Numbered from the whole stretch's first letter, positions 35,364-48,421 are shown. The stretch: DNA of 63,454 nt, filler included, from Sphacelaria rigidula (GCA_964200075.2; 11 parts of 11 records of this genome joined end to end with filler, not necessarily neighbours in it); one strand, 5' to 3'. A program made the numbers and translations. The notes: a model not told the origin generated them from the sequence alone.

Positions 35364-38262
35364 TTGTTGATGCTAGACCCTTCCTTGAGCGTGTTGCCGC
35401 TGGCCCCCGTCTTTTTCGAGCGCTCGGAACCCGCGAGGTCGACGAGGTTAAGCTTTGAGTTCAAGCTTGTCTCGCGCGTCACCCCATCCGCTAACTCCTC
35501 CGTTGTCTTCTTTTCCACCTACGCTCAAGAGGGAAAAGTCAAGACGCACCCAATTTTTGTGAGTTCCAAGGAAAACATCAACTGAACCCTGCGTTCGGTG
35601 CTGTTGAGCGCACTCAACGGCTTTGGTAGCGAAAGTAGGGAACTCTGCATGTTGTAGTGATATTCTCGCGCATCGTGAAACCTCCGATGCCTCCCTGGCA
35701 AAGTCAGGGATATATATAACGACACCCGTCTGCTCTTTGTGGTACCCCAAGCGCTGCGGCTTTAAACGTCCCATTGAATCCGGCGTGCGAATGTCAGGGG
35801 TTATTGCTTGGTTTCGGCGACGCACGCTTAGCCTCATGCATTCCTGAAGCTATTAACGCTAGTGATGCACTGTTGTTTTCAGTCGCAGCGAGGTACAGCA
35901 TCCTATGTTGGCTTCTGCCCGTGGACATCACGACGTCACTGGCGACAGAAAAACTGTTCCGCGGACTGTTGCCTTTCTGCTCGCCAGATGTACCTTGATC
36001 GTGAAACAGCTGTGGCTGCGGCTGCTTCGTTCGTTCATGTTCGTGCTGGCCACTTTCCGTACCGCCCCTCCCTGCTCGATCAGGGTCAGGACGTCCTTGT
36101 CATTGTGCACCACCAACTCGCATAACCTGCACGCACCGTTGTCATGCTCCAGGGTGAAGAAGCGTTCGACATAGACGTCCCAATCACACACACACACCTT
36201 GAGTGTTGCACTCGTGCCTCGCCGCTCATCGTTGATAGGCAACTGAGGCGAGCGCGCAGACCAAGATTCACGTGCACAGACAAGCCCCTCAAACAGCGCA
36301 AGGCGCCTTTCGTACAAACGTCAGCCACAGCGCACAACTCTCCTTGAATTGAGTATTTGGGTGAATCTTGGTCGACCCGACGGACATCACTGCTTCCGCA
36401 AATGTACGGCAAAAATGACCCTTCCACAGCTTGAAAACCGACAACGCTGAAACCCTTGGTGTGTAGAAAATCGACGGTACTTGCTAAACCGTGATTCTCG
36501 GCAAGTTCGTTCTACGCGTCCGTTACGCTCTCTGCATACTCCAATCCTGTCAAAAGAGGCGTCGACCTCGGGACGGGATATGGGGTGGGTTGCTATTTCC
36601 AGCCTGCATCATTCAAATAGGAGCACCGCCTCAGAGATCCTCGGTCCGAGAGACACTCAATGCACTATTTATCCATCATACTTGAAACTCCTCCCCTTGC
36701 TCGGCACGAGTGTGTGATCCGCAGTCCCAAGGGATCAACCCGTCTCTCCCCCACCCCGGTACACGCCTTACATTTTGGTACCGCGGATTGGATCATATAT
36801 ATCAGCCCTCCCGCACCCCGTCGTCTTTCGCCAAAAAAACTCAGTCAAATAAACTATTTTTGCTTCTCACGTACGACCTCACGTACGAGTCATCCTACGA
36901 TAGCGCGCGCGGGGGGGGGTATTAGATTGCACGAAAAAAGAGGCTCATGGGCGTGTCGGACGACCTGCCACATTCGCGGTGTGCTTGTATTTGATTGAAA
37001 ACGGCGCCAAGCAGTATGAGTGAGCGTTATTTATCTATAACAAGCTCGCTCGAACAACCGTTGCTGCTTTCAACGACGATTTGACTTGAAATTTCGTGAA
37101 CAAGTGGCCCAAAATATCCCCCCCCCCCCCCCCCCCCCCCCCCCCCGAGACACAACAGANNNNNNNNNNTCCAACAACCGTTTCTCCTTTCCACCCAAGT
37201 TTTACTTTAAATTTCGGGAACAAGGGGCCCAAAATATCCCCCCCCCCCCCCCCTATCGTAGGATGACTCACTCGTATGTCGTCCCGCTCCCAACTACGAA
37301 AATCCGAAGCTTTGGGGAAGAAGTCCAAACGCATCTAGCGGGACCCGATCCCACGTTCCTTCCACCCTAATGGTGCCAGTTCTACCATTGGACCACCAGG
37401 GGCGCGGCGCTGCATTTGTGGCAGCAATACTGAATGTTATCATTGAATTCTTGCCGTCGTTATAATTGCCAGCGAACATTTTTGTAGAAACCTTGCTCGG
37501 ACCTACGCAGACGGCTCGGTATCGATGTAACGAACTGCAAACAGTAGCTCACCCCTCCACGTAGATGCCGAGATCTGGATGCTCCCTTATCTTGAGTGAT
37601 ACATTGGTTTTCGGGTTGAGAAGATCGTGCACCACTTCATTGTAAATCTCCAAGTAGCTCACGGTCACCAGGCACTTCGTGGTGTCCGTGGTCAGTCCCT
37701 GCACCCGCATGATTCGGATCAAACGTTAGGGACCCAGGTTGTGCTTTCCTGAGAATCCGGGAGTGCTGCGTACGGTTCGCGTCTCCGCTGAACGCTCGTC
37801 TGCCCTATGGCCATACAGCGTACGCCCGCGGAACTGGTGTGATGGCACCGGCCGAGGTAACATCAGTGTTTCGTAGCTATCAACATTGCTAGCACCCGAT
37901 AAGAAGGCTGTATGGTAAGAAGGGGTGAGCGTGCACAACAAGTTCCGGCTTCCAACAGAGCGAGCGACAGACGCATCGGCCGACCACATGCCATAAATCC
38001 CCGATTGCGACCCTGCACCGCTCTACATATCCGCCACTACATGGTGGGCGCATACGTGCACAGGAAAAAGGCTGGGGGGTCGATACCCCTCGAAGTGAAA
38101 ACTATCCTTTGTTTTAATAGGAACTTCCTCTCTATTTTTTGCTCACTTGGACCTCGTCGAACAGCTGCGAGTTCAGCCTGGGTATTATACCGTCTGGTGT
38201 TTGCCCCCCCATCATGGTGTGCGTCTTTCCGCTGCCTGTTTGCCCGTACGCAAATATCGTTG
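35364..38262 (-). CDS. Kinesin motor domain, kinesin-3-like; internal exons 38147-38262, 37553-37698, 35994-36126, 35364-35518
   Basis: P-loop [38 protein letters not shown], switch I NERSSRSH, switch [12 protein letters not shown], and LKEGSSINK. All splice phases agree. Confidence 0.97.
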
Positions 38263-39164
38263 CTGGAGCATTTTTGGGACGGACGGTCCACGCAGCGGAA
38301 TATGCATGGAGGGTGATATTTAATGTGACATATATTCCCATACTTTTTCGCCTAGTGGACCAATGGAGACACGCCCCCTTGCCGACATTTTCCCGTAAAG
38401 TGGCCAACGGGACGTGACAGATTTACAACCCAATGTAATGAGAATCTTCAGGTATATGCTCACGCTTTTGACCCGAAATTCACAACGAGCTGGGCCAGCC
38501 GTAAGTCTTTCAAACGCACAGCACACCACAACTTCTCAAGTCTCCCGAATCAGCCCGATTTGAGCATATTGCTGTGAAACGTAGACCAACCTGGTCATGC
38601 AAACTCTGCCGCTGAAAGAGAATGAAAAATGTGCGGCATAATATATAAACTCAACGACGGAATCAGATTCTGCGAAAAAGAAATTATGTCGGGATTCGAA
38701 CTCGTGACCCCCATAACTAGAGTCTTCCGTATCACTTAGATTACAGGGGCGCAGCGGTGTCAGACAAAACATTCCACGCTGGGCCCAATTTCAGGAGTTT
38801 TCAGCCGAAATTTCACCAGTATCTTCAGCGCGCAAGTGCAAAATTCATTTCCGGAGATGCCGCCTTTTTTTTTCACGGAATTTATGAAATTTCGCAGTTA
38901 TTGCTTAAATTTCAAATCGCTCTAAGTTTCTGTTTCTTTTTCCTTGGAATTCCCAGAACTGTTGCGCGTGTTGATGATAAGAATTTCGTGTCGAAATTTT
39001 AGCGCCTAACTCCTCAAATTGAGCACCGCGTCACCCGATTACCGACGAAAAACACTGTCAGCTGGCCCTGCTGGTAATCAGAAAATGCCTCCCGCGATAC
39101 CTACCCAATTGTCCGATGCATGGTATCACTCTGACCACCATCGTCGACTCAAGAGGGTGACAGA

Positions 39165-39700
39165 GCCGGATTTTTGTTCAAGACCATAGTGGTGGCGCTA
39201 AGGTAAAAAAAAAACGTACCTCGCCCAATCAGCGGCCTTGAAATTGTTCTGAATTTAGAAATGCGAATTCCCAACCTAATTTCTACCGAATCTCCACATG
39301 CTTCACATTGTAGTAACCACCATCCGCCATCAGCTCGGGAACCTAACGGGAAGAAAACGTATGAAAACATGTTTCCATGGGATCGAATTATTTACGCAAC
39401 CGTAATATTTCGATGATGTGTGATTTCAGCGTTGTCGGCTGTCCACCGATGATACGTACCAAAGACCCAGCAAGGCTCCCGACGGTTTTCCTTTCATCTG
39501 TCATATGAAAGCTTCGACGGCCCTCAAGCTTGAAGGTTCGGTAGGTATTGATGTTCCAAAGAGAAAAAATGAAGTGTTGAGAATATTTCAAAGTTTCTTC
39601 GCCCTTTTCCGGCTTCCGGGGGTCCCGCGTGAAGACCCCCGGAAACCGGCACAGAATGCATACAAATGAAAAATAGAAATAAAACAATGCGTCCCGGCGT
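39165..39700. repeat. Dispersed repeat, second copy at about 61485-62030
   Basis: Shared AAGACCATAGTG.TGGCGCTAAGG, CCAATCAGCG, and CGGCTTCCGGGGG...GACCCCCGGAAA.CGG.ACAGA. Confidence 0.8.
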
Positions 39701-40138
39701 AGTTCGAGGAACAGTTGTGCGAAGTTTGGTTGCGTAGCTAAAAAAATGATGCTCTGCGGTCGTTTCAACGTCACACATACCCGAACAGTCGTTCCAACAC
39801 CAGAACGAAGTAGTCAGGACTTTGTACCTTTCAAACCCACTTCGTCGCACACAAGCCCAAATGTTCGCGCCGATTCTTGAGGTTAAACCTGAAAAATTGC
39901 ACGCAGTTACTATGGGATATTCCGGAAATTTCAACAAATGAGGCTTTACTTTTCATCTTTTCGCAGCCAATTTTCGGGGGTCCAAGAATGGCATGACACT
40001 CCCCAGGAGGACCCTGGGACCGCGATAACCGGCGGACAAATATTTCACCATGTGTAAAAAACGAAAATCTTCGTTGACTAAAATGTTCTAATGCCCCGTA
40101 GTATACGTGTGCAAAATTTCAGAGTCTAAGGCCAACTC

Positions 40139-40300
40139 TTATGGGAGCGTTTGAAAAATTATTTTGCAACAATTTCAAAGGAGTTTTTTTTTTCTTCTTT
40201 GTCATCATGGTGAACGGGCACAAAATACACCACTACGGCAAAGAAAAAGAAAAAAAATCGTTTGAAATTATTGCAAAATAAAATTGTAAACGCTCCCATA
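40139..40300. repeat. ~160-bp hairpin/MITE
   Basis: TTATGGGAGCGTTT..ATTTTGCAACAATTTCAAA ... TTTGAAATTATTGCAAAAT..AAACGCTCCCATAA. Confidence 0.85.
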
Positions 40301-41172
40301 AACAGCCAATCATCTATGTTGAGGATGGTGCTTTTGATTGAGGATGNNNNNNNNNNNNNNNNNNNNNNNNNNNNNNNNNNNNNNNNNNNNTTAATTAATT
40401 AANNNNNNNNNNNNNNNNNNNNNNNNNNNNNNNNNNNNNNNNNNNNCATTCACTGATTGACCGTTTTTCACTCTCAATCGTACCATATACTCTCAATCTC
40501 ACGAAAACGCTGTTTTTATAGCAAATAGCGGTACAACGAAATAGCGGCACAATAGACTACGGTTCAAATAGGAGCCCCCAGAAACGACCCTTGGTACAAG
40601 TACCGTTTTATGTGGATCTTGACGTTAGATATCTTGTCGAGCTTAGCCACGTAAGCTCGTAGGATACGACAGTGTGCTACCATCGTTTGTGAGTAGCGTA
40701 CTGTATTCATGTAGGTTGAGGAAGAATCCAGTCTGTGAGCTGGCAAACCAACGTCAATGTTGAGGATGCCTTTTAGTCTAACGTTCGTTCAGAGTATATT
40801 TTTGTTTCAAGGGTTTAAGTGTGCTGAGCTTGGTTAACTCGATCATGCACACGCAATCACTCTCCTTCATCACCTTCAGTTCTCTGCTTTAAGAAATGTA
40901 GCGGTCAGTATGAAAGCGGTGTTTGCGGAGGCGTGTACGAATTCTGACAATGTGGGGCGTACGTACAGAAAAACGGTACGTTGTCTGTCCTAGTTTCCCA
41001 AGTGCAGTGCCGCTGCCAGTAGAAACGTTGGTCATCGCAGCTAGGTTGCCGCACACACGAGTACAGATACTATCACCAGTAACGAGTAGCATTCATCTAG
41101 CAGCGGCCGACTGGTATAAGCAGCACAAGTAGGGAGAAGTAGGCAAAAACTAGCGCGCTTCGCAGAGGATCG

Positions 41173-42554
41173 ATGGACATTTACACCATGTCTGGTATTG
41201 GCGGGGGCGCGGCTCAAGCAGGCGGAGATGAAAATCTAGCACCACACCGAGACGGCGTGGCTGGGGTGGGGGCCGGTGGACCTCCCATAGCCGGCGGCGG
41301 GAGCCAAGCACACCAAGGCGGCGAGGGGATGGCAGGGCATAATAACCCACACGCGGCAGCAGCAGCGGCAGTCGACCAACCTCAGAGAGTACTGCAAGCA
41401 CCCGTCATGTCGCAGCAGGTGTTCCAGCAGCACATGCTGGCTGCAGTGGCCCAGTTGACCAATCGCCTGCAGGCTGTCGACAACAACCAGCAGCCGCAGT
41501 CGCTACAACTTCCGCAGGCACCCCCACAGCAACCACCGCTATAGATCGGGAACGGGTGGCAACGATCACCACAACCGCAGGTTTCAGCAGCTGGCGCGCA
41601 AGCGGCGGCACAACGGACCGCAGCTGAACAGGCGGGTATAAAAGCCAATGCCGATTGTGCCGTCGACTCGTGGCGGGCCACCACTGGGTCCATGTTTTTC
41701 CTCCTGAGGGGGAGCGTTGACGTGAATGAAGATCTCACTTTCCACCTGCAACAACTCACGCTCAAGAAGGTGGCTCACGTTACGCACGCGTCCGCCAACC
41801 AGCTGCAAACCCTGGCCAACTTCAAGACAATGGACTTAAAAAAACCGGTGCCACCAGGCCCGACCCCCATGAACATGCCGGCTGATGTGCATTATCACAC
41901 GTTTGTCGCGTCCCTGTTCACGGTTTTGCTCGCCTGGAGCACGCTCCCGAGTTACACAAGACACGCACGCGCGCCCTTCAGTCGGAGTTCGAATCAGTAG
42001 CTAACCAAGTAAGGGAGTATACAGATTATCACTACACATCACTGTACCCACATAGAACGACGGTCCGCGACAAGCTTTTAACAGCCATGGACACTGGCAT
42101 AGAGGAGTTCTTCTACCGGGTGGCACTTCAGGCACGACAGCTCCGGAGGACATACCTGGCCGTAGTTCCGCCGTCGACGACGGGGGAGCCGGTAGCGGCG
42201 CCGGCTTTTACAAAACTAAAGACCCTCGTCACCGAGGACGGGCCCAACTGCCTCGTCGAGAAGTCCGCTTTCTGGCCGGTCGGCAAGGCAAACCCAAACA
42301 AAAAACGGAAAGCGACGTCCCAGGCAGGCCCCCCAGCTCCCCCCTCTTCGAGCATCACCTCGCCGGCGGGACCCCCGTCGACCTTCGTGCAGAGAAACGT
42401 CCAGTGGCAGACTCCAAAGGATGTTTGCGTTTACCACTGGCAAAATCAACCGTGCACTCGCAACAGCTGCAAGTTCCCACACGGTATCGTGTCTCCACTG
42501 GCATCCGGGCAGGCGCAGGCTACGCCGGCGCCGACAGCGTCGGCACCGGCCTAG
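41173..42554 (+). mobile_element. gag-like ORF of a DIRS/Ngaro-type retroelement with a CCCH zinc finger; disrupted
   Basis: Co-oriented fragments 41173-41544, 41692-42000 and 42087-42554. CVYHWQNQPCTRNSCKFPH lies upstream of RT/RNase H. Confidence 0.7.
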
Positions 42555-43188
42555 ACACCAGCGCCGACCCCACCCCTGCAGCCTCCGGCAACCCCGGCAC
42601 AGCAGGTACTAACTCAGATGCAACAACTGCCTGCTCACCAGCACCAGCAATCGGCGCCCGCCCCGGCACCGTTAGCACGGTATTCACACAGCTACGGAGG
42701 GCGCGGAGGGGGAAGGTGGCGTAGCTCCGCCGGCGGGAGGGGAAACGGGAGCGGATGAGGGCGCGGGCTCTGCCCACCGGCAGGGCCGACATTCACAGGA
42801 GAAGCGGGTAGCGACGTAAACACGATGTTTGCGGACGCCTCGGGGTCCGTGGGGCTTATCGGGGCACCTTCCCCTTGGTCGGTCCCAGCGACCGTGTTAC
42901 ATGGTGAGAGAAAAGCAGACAGAGGTAGCGGTGCCTTGCGACTAGGATTGTGAACACATGGGGAATCAGGGTTACGAAAGAAACGTGGTATCAGTGTGCC
43001 CTCGGCAGTTTGCCACGTCAGTTAACTCAGGACACGATCACGTAACCCACAAGATAGCAAAAACCCACTCAGTGTCGCTCTCACAGGCAGTCGGCGTAGC
43101 GCCGCCGACAACAGTAACCCCTGGCACATGAGAACAAGCCACGCCAGTTTTGCATGCAACAGGGACCTGTTACGCCATTCATTAACGT

Positions 43189-43512
43189 GGGGCCAGTTAC
43201 CCCTTCAGTGACCGTGGGGACAGTTACTCCTTGAGCGATCATGGGGCCAGTAACCCCTTAAGTGATCATGGGGCCAGCTACCCCTTAAGTGATCATGGAG
43301 CCAGTTACCCCAGCAGCGACCGTGGGGCCAGTTACCCCCGTAGTGACCGTGGGGCCAGTTACCCCTTAAGTGATCATGGGGCCAGTTACCCCTTCACTGA
43401 CCGTGGGGCCAGTGAACCCAGTAGTGACCGTGGGGCCAGTGAACCCAGTAGTGAACATGGGGCCAGTGACCCCATTTCTGACTATGGGGCCAGTTACCCC
43501 TCCAGTGAACAC
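43189..43512 (+). repeat. 12 x 27-bp tandem array (GGGGCCAGTTACCCC plus 12 variable nt), encoding (SDHGASYPL)n
   Basis: Twelve consecutive units at an exact 27-bp period, with an open frame throughout. Confidence 0.95.
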
Positions 43513-43715
43513 GACGACAGGTATATTCCACCAGTGATCGTAGGATCAGTTGCCACCTCAGTGAACACACGGCCAGTTACCCTTCCCGCGAACCAGGGGC
43601 CAGTTACCCCGCTACTAATCCCTCAACGGATCAAGGAGCCAGTAGTTCCGCGTCCGGTGTCAGACAGAAAGCAGGTATATCATGTGTTGGTTTTCAGTCT
43701 AGCGGGTCGGCGGCG

Positions 43716-45918
43716 GTGCCGCCTCCCAACGGTGGAAATGAGTCGGGACAGTCTGACGCTGAACTAGTAGCACTGTGGTACTCAGAAAAAGGAGAGTTGG
43801 AAAAATCAGGTATCACAGCCAAGAAAAAATATGACATACTGTACAGACTCGCAAATATCTGCACGCGCATCACCGAAAAACACGCCGGATGCATTGGGGA
43901 TGTCGCGAGGTCTATCGGGGGACCGCTATTCACGCCGCCGGTAGACCCGCACGAGATCAGGAAGTATTTCGGGGGGAACAAGGGTTTCCCGCAGACAGAC
44001 GAACTCGTTGCTATCGTAGCCACAAGTGTCCCCGTCGGCGCGACAGTCACTGCATCCCCCACACAAGAGAACCTCGACTGCGCACTACAGATGGCAATCA
44101 CAGTAGCGCCCACGATCACCTACCAAACATTTGGGGAAAACTGGGGATGATGTACGCAGGGGAAAGTGTCTGATAGTCGAGGAGTCGGTCACCCGAAAAA
44201 TCCCGAACCTGCGGCTGTCCCCCCTGGGAGCAGTAACCGCACACAATGTCCGCATAATTAACGATTTGTCTTTCGACGCGCAACGCACTCGGAAAAGAAA
44301 AGGAGGGCTGAACGATGACACAAACCCTGAAGACGTACCGGCCTGTTTATGCGGAGAATCGCTGCAGAAGTTCCTCAAAGAGCTTATTTCGTTGCGAACA
44401 AAATATCTAGTAAAACGCATACTAATGGTAAAGGCCGATGTATCGGATGCGTTTCGAAATGTGAGGATATATCCAGACCACGCCCATCAATTCGGCTACG
44501 TTGTGGGCAACTGAGTCGTGTGTGACTTCCGGCTTACGTTCGGCTGGTCAGGCTCGCCAGGGTTCTGGGGAGTATTGGTATCGGCGGCAGAACACGCCCA
44601 CTGCAACACGAACATTGACTACGCGGTTTTACTGCCAGAAGGCAAGGAGATCACAGCTCACGTAAATATAGTCAATAGGTGGGAAACGGGGGACCCCACA
44701 CTATTTCCGAAAGATTCTACGACCACCCCACACCTAGCAGGAGGCTTACATTATAATTTCTTCACGTCAGTATACGTAGACAACTACCTGCGGATTCGCG
44801 TACAGCACTCCGATGACGACACGAGCGCCTTTATCGCGTCCACGTCCCTCGCATCCGACCACGTCAGACTCTTCGGCAACAGAGAAGAAGGCGAGACACC
44901 TGTTGTAGCCCCCTGAAAGAGTACGGATTGGGATACCGAGATAGAGGCGTTGGGTCTGATCATTAACTCGCACACTATGCGGGTTTCCGTATCCTGCGAG
45001 AAGGTCGAGGCGCGCCGACAGACGTTGCTAACCGAGTGGCCCCCCACTCGACGTTCAGCGACTACTAGAGGAATATCGAGCCTGGCAGGAAAGCTGTGGA
45101 ACCTCACAAACGCAATGCGACCAGGAAAGTATTTCGTATGGAGAACTCGGCGACTTGCGGGGCTCCACGATTCTAGAGCGAGAGACAACCAGAGCAGCAT
45201 AGTAGAGGTAGGAAACGAATTTCACGGCGGCCTGAAATTTTGGAAGTGGGCAATCGAGGAAAAACTCCTGCAGCATGGTGAGTCTCTGAGTGCACCCTAC
45301 TACTCCTTAGTAAAGCGACCTGCCCACCGACACTACCTCTCGGACGCAAGCTTCGAAGCCGTAGGCGGCTACTGCCCAGAGAAAAGAACATACTGGAGAT
45401 ACGAGTTACCGCCGGAACTTACCGCAGAACTCATAAGAAAAGCTTGACTTTGCGATTCATGCACGATCACCATTAACCTCTTGGAACTCCCGGGGATGGT
45501 AGTCACCGCTTGGGTCATGCTCGATTTTGTAAACGACAAACCCGAAAATCAGGGCGACCCAGTCTTAATGCACAGGGACAACGGAGCGGCAGTCACGTGG
45601 GTCAACCGGTGCGGGGGTGCAAAAGATAAACGCTCAGGGTTACTCATGAGAACCCTCGGAAGGCTGGAAATCACGGAGGGGTGGAGCCACGAGGCAGAAC
45701 ACATTCAAGGTATTCAAAACGTACTAGCGGATGGAAGTTCACGCTGGCCACGGGCGGAGCTAGACAGATGAGTAAGGGAGCACACCAACGACAGTAACTG
45801 GTCAGAACAAGCCATCGGTCCACGGGGTGAGAGCATCTTCCACACCATCCTAAAAACCAAGAATATCACCGTCCGACACGACAAAACGCTATGGTCGCGC
45901 ATGATGGAACCCAGTTGA
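43716..45918 (+). mobile_element. Decayed RT and RNase H of a DIRS/Ngaro-type (tyrosine recombinase) retrotransposon
   Basis: GNHSSA, RLSPLGAV, VRIINDLSF, KADVSDAFRNV, RLTFGWSGSP, YVDNY (YVDD), RNase H LSDAS, INLLE, DNGAAVTW and HIQGIQNVLADGSSR. No protease. In-frame stops at about 44512, 44914 and 45445. No YR gene before the contig end. Confidence 0.88.
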
Positions 45919-47441
45919 CGATGTAATATTCGAACAACGAAACAAAAGTACCATAATCGAAAACAACCACAACCCAGGTATGAATATAAAAATATATATA
46001 TATAGGTGTACTCAGTCATCCACAGTACATATAAAAATGACTACCACCCCGCATACGACAGAGGCGGTCAAGGGGTCACTGGATAAGACATCATGCCACC
46101 CTCCAACCTCACCCCCCCCCCCCNNNNNNNNNNNNNNNNNNNNNNNNNNNNNNNNNNNNNNNNNNNNTTAATTAATTAANNNNNNNNNNNNNNNNNNNNN
46201 NNNNNNNNNNNNNNNNNNNNNNNAAGCTTCACACCCCTGTAACTGGATGGCTTTCACGCACTGTGGTGTCTTTACCACCCCCCTAAGACACCAAGTACGC
46301 CATCTCGCCCGAGCACCCGCCAGACTCCCCTGTCACGCAGTGACGCCCTGGACTTGTGTCATGGTACGATACTTACGACCTGGGTAGTAAGATGCCAGTT
46401 CAGTGGGCACCGGGGCTAGTAGGCCCAAACACAGTCTTTAGTATCGAAACCATTGAGTTCGATATTATCGAGTGCGAGTCAACCACCGCACCAGTGGTCA
46501 GGTGGCATGTCATGAACCGCGCAGGCTGCAGCACAACATGTGCTGCATGAAGGTCAGGCTTACATTTTGTGAAGACCAGAGAATCCTCTGAGATAGCAGA
46601 CCCTGATGGCGTAGATGCTCTTGTATTATTGGCGTACAGGCTAACTTGTGCTTTGCTAGTTGAGATGTATGGTCCAAAACGACTGTAACCCAAAGGGGGC
46701 AGGCAGCTGGATTCAATCAAACATTGTAGTATGACCCATCAGGTACCAAGCATGACAAAGTATGACAAATGGAACCCAGTCGACCGGAACAGGACCAATA
46801 AATCTGTAACAGCAATACCGGAAACAAATGGCGCATGTCTGTCACTGGACTGGGATCACCTTCACGAGATTTTCACTTCGCTGTGTGTTGATGGAAGCTC
46901 TTGTTCGGTGAAAATGCCATTACTCAGAAACCGTTACGTCCCTTGTGACGCTCGATAATCTGAATGCCCAACTTCCAAATTGACCGCACCACTGCGCGCG
47001 CAGGCCTTCCCTCGCCAACATGAGCACGAAAACACCTGCAAAATCGAGGCTCAGCAGTGCGGCGGAGGCCTTGCGCTGGTTCTCCCTTCCGCTCGATATC
47101 CACTCCACCAGAAATATGACCAAAGGAAGCCGGCCCACACGTCCGGTCATAATTCCTAAAATCTACGGAAAAGGTGGAAGAAAGATCGAGGAAGCGTATA
47201 ACGAGTAGGTGAGGAGGGTGATTTTGTAGCGGCTGCCAAAGCGCGATCGAATGTGTTCTCCCTCGTGGTGCTTCACCTCTTCAGAGCGAGTTCACATAAT
47301 GTATTATGGCTTGTGTTCATTTCCCCTCAAAAGCAATATCATCCGTACTTACGGTCATCTTGCGGAAATTGTTTCATGTGTGTTCCGTTGCTTCACATGT
47401 CGCCACGGCCCGCTGGTCTAATGGTATGACAGACAGTTGTG

Positions 47442-47829
47442 TAGAATGAGGTTCTGCACTACGATGAGATTCAAGCCCAAAACAATGCTTTCCCCGCACT
47501 TTCAGCGATGGTGCCCAATGACGTTTTTGTCGGCCGAATGCCCCTTGATCGCGTAGATACTCTTTTAGCACAAATTACCGACTCTGCGAGCATACAGCGC
47601 TGACCGAAACCGTAGTTTTCCCTAATATCACCCCACCTGAAAAGTCAGGAAAAATTACGGTTTCGGTCAGCGCTGTATGCTCGCAGAATCGGAAATTTGC
47701 GCTGAAAGAGTACCTCCGCGATCAATGGGCGTTCAGCCGACAAAAAAACTCATGGGGCACCATCACTGGAAGTGTGGAGTAAGCAATGTTTTGGGCTTGA
47801 AACTCATTTTAGTGCACAACCTCATTTTA
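47442..47829. repeat. ~390-bp imperfect palindrome (foldback element)
   Basis: Perfect core CTGCGAGCATACAGCGCTGACCGAAACCGTA / TACGGTTTCGGTCAGCGCTGTATGCTCGCAG, with arms of about 180 bp. Confidence 0.9.
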
Positions 47830-47962
47830 GAGAATGGTCCATTTTATGACGGACTCTTTTACGGCGGGAAAGACCCCGGTGCTATTCCCGCCAGATGCGT
47901 TCAGTTTGCCGTTTATCTCACAAGTATTAGTAAATGATTTTCGTATTGTACTGCCGCCGCGC

Positions 47963-48238
47963 CTCGGCAGTGTAATGGTCCGACTGTCGCCATTAGGGTG
48001 GAGAGAACGGGGGTTCGATTCCCGATGCATTGAGTTTTTTCTTCGTAATGTATGATTTCCACCTTGGAAACGTTATAACGTGAGTTAACAGAAGTAGTCG
48101 ACTGGGTTTGTGTAACGTGAGTTGATGCGGTGCGGGAGAGCTGATCCAATCCGCGACATCAAAAAGAAAGGCACGTACCGGGGGAGAGGTGGATTGATCC
48201 CTTGAGACCACGGACTCATCCCGAGGAAGGGGAAGGGT
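47963..48238 (+). mobile_element. tRNA-derived SINE (same family as 26588-26870)
   Basis: GTGTAATGGTCCGACTGTCGCC...AGGGTGGAGAGAACGGGGGTTCGATTCCCG plus the shared body. Confidence 0.8.
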
Positions 48239-48271
48239 TCAAAGTGAGGGGGAAACAAAAAGTGTGAGGAC

Positions 48272-48421
48272 TGTAATGCGTGAGAGGACCGCGTGCACAC
48301 GCCCCTGATCCTAACCTCAACACTAACCCTAACCCTAACCCCATCCATAGTGGTGTTCAAATTCCGATGTGTTCAAATTCCGATGTGGTCCTCTAAACAC
48401 GCGATCCTCTCACGCATTACA
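48272..48421. mobile_element. 150-bp MITE with ~24-bp TIRs enclosing (CCCTAA)n telomere-like repeats
   Basis: TGTAATGCGTGAGAGGACCGCGTG ... CACGCGATCCTCTCACGCATTACA; internal CTAACCCTAACCCTAACCC and a doubled GTGTTCAAATTCCGAT. Confidence 0.85.

Noticed and set aside
24063..38262. Dynein and kinesin as a motor-gene cluster
   Set aside because: They lie on different, unlinked contigs.
43189..43512. CRISPR-like appearance of the 27-bp array
   Set aside because: The variable parts are only 12 nt and related to each other, no cas genes are present, and the array lies in a eukaryotic retroelement.
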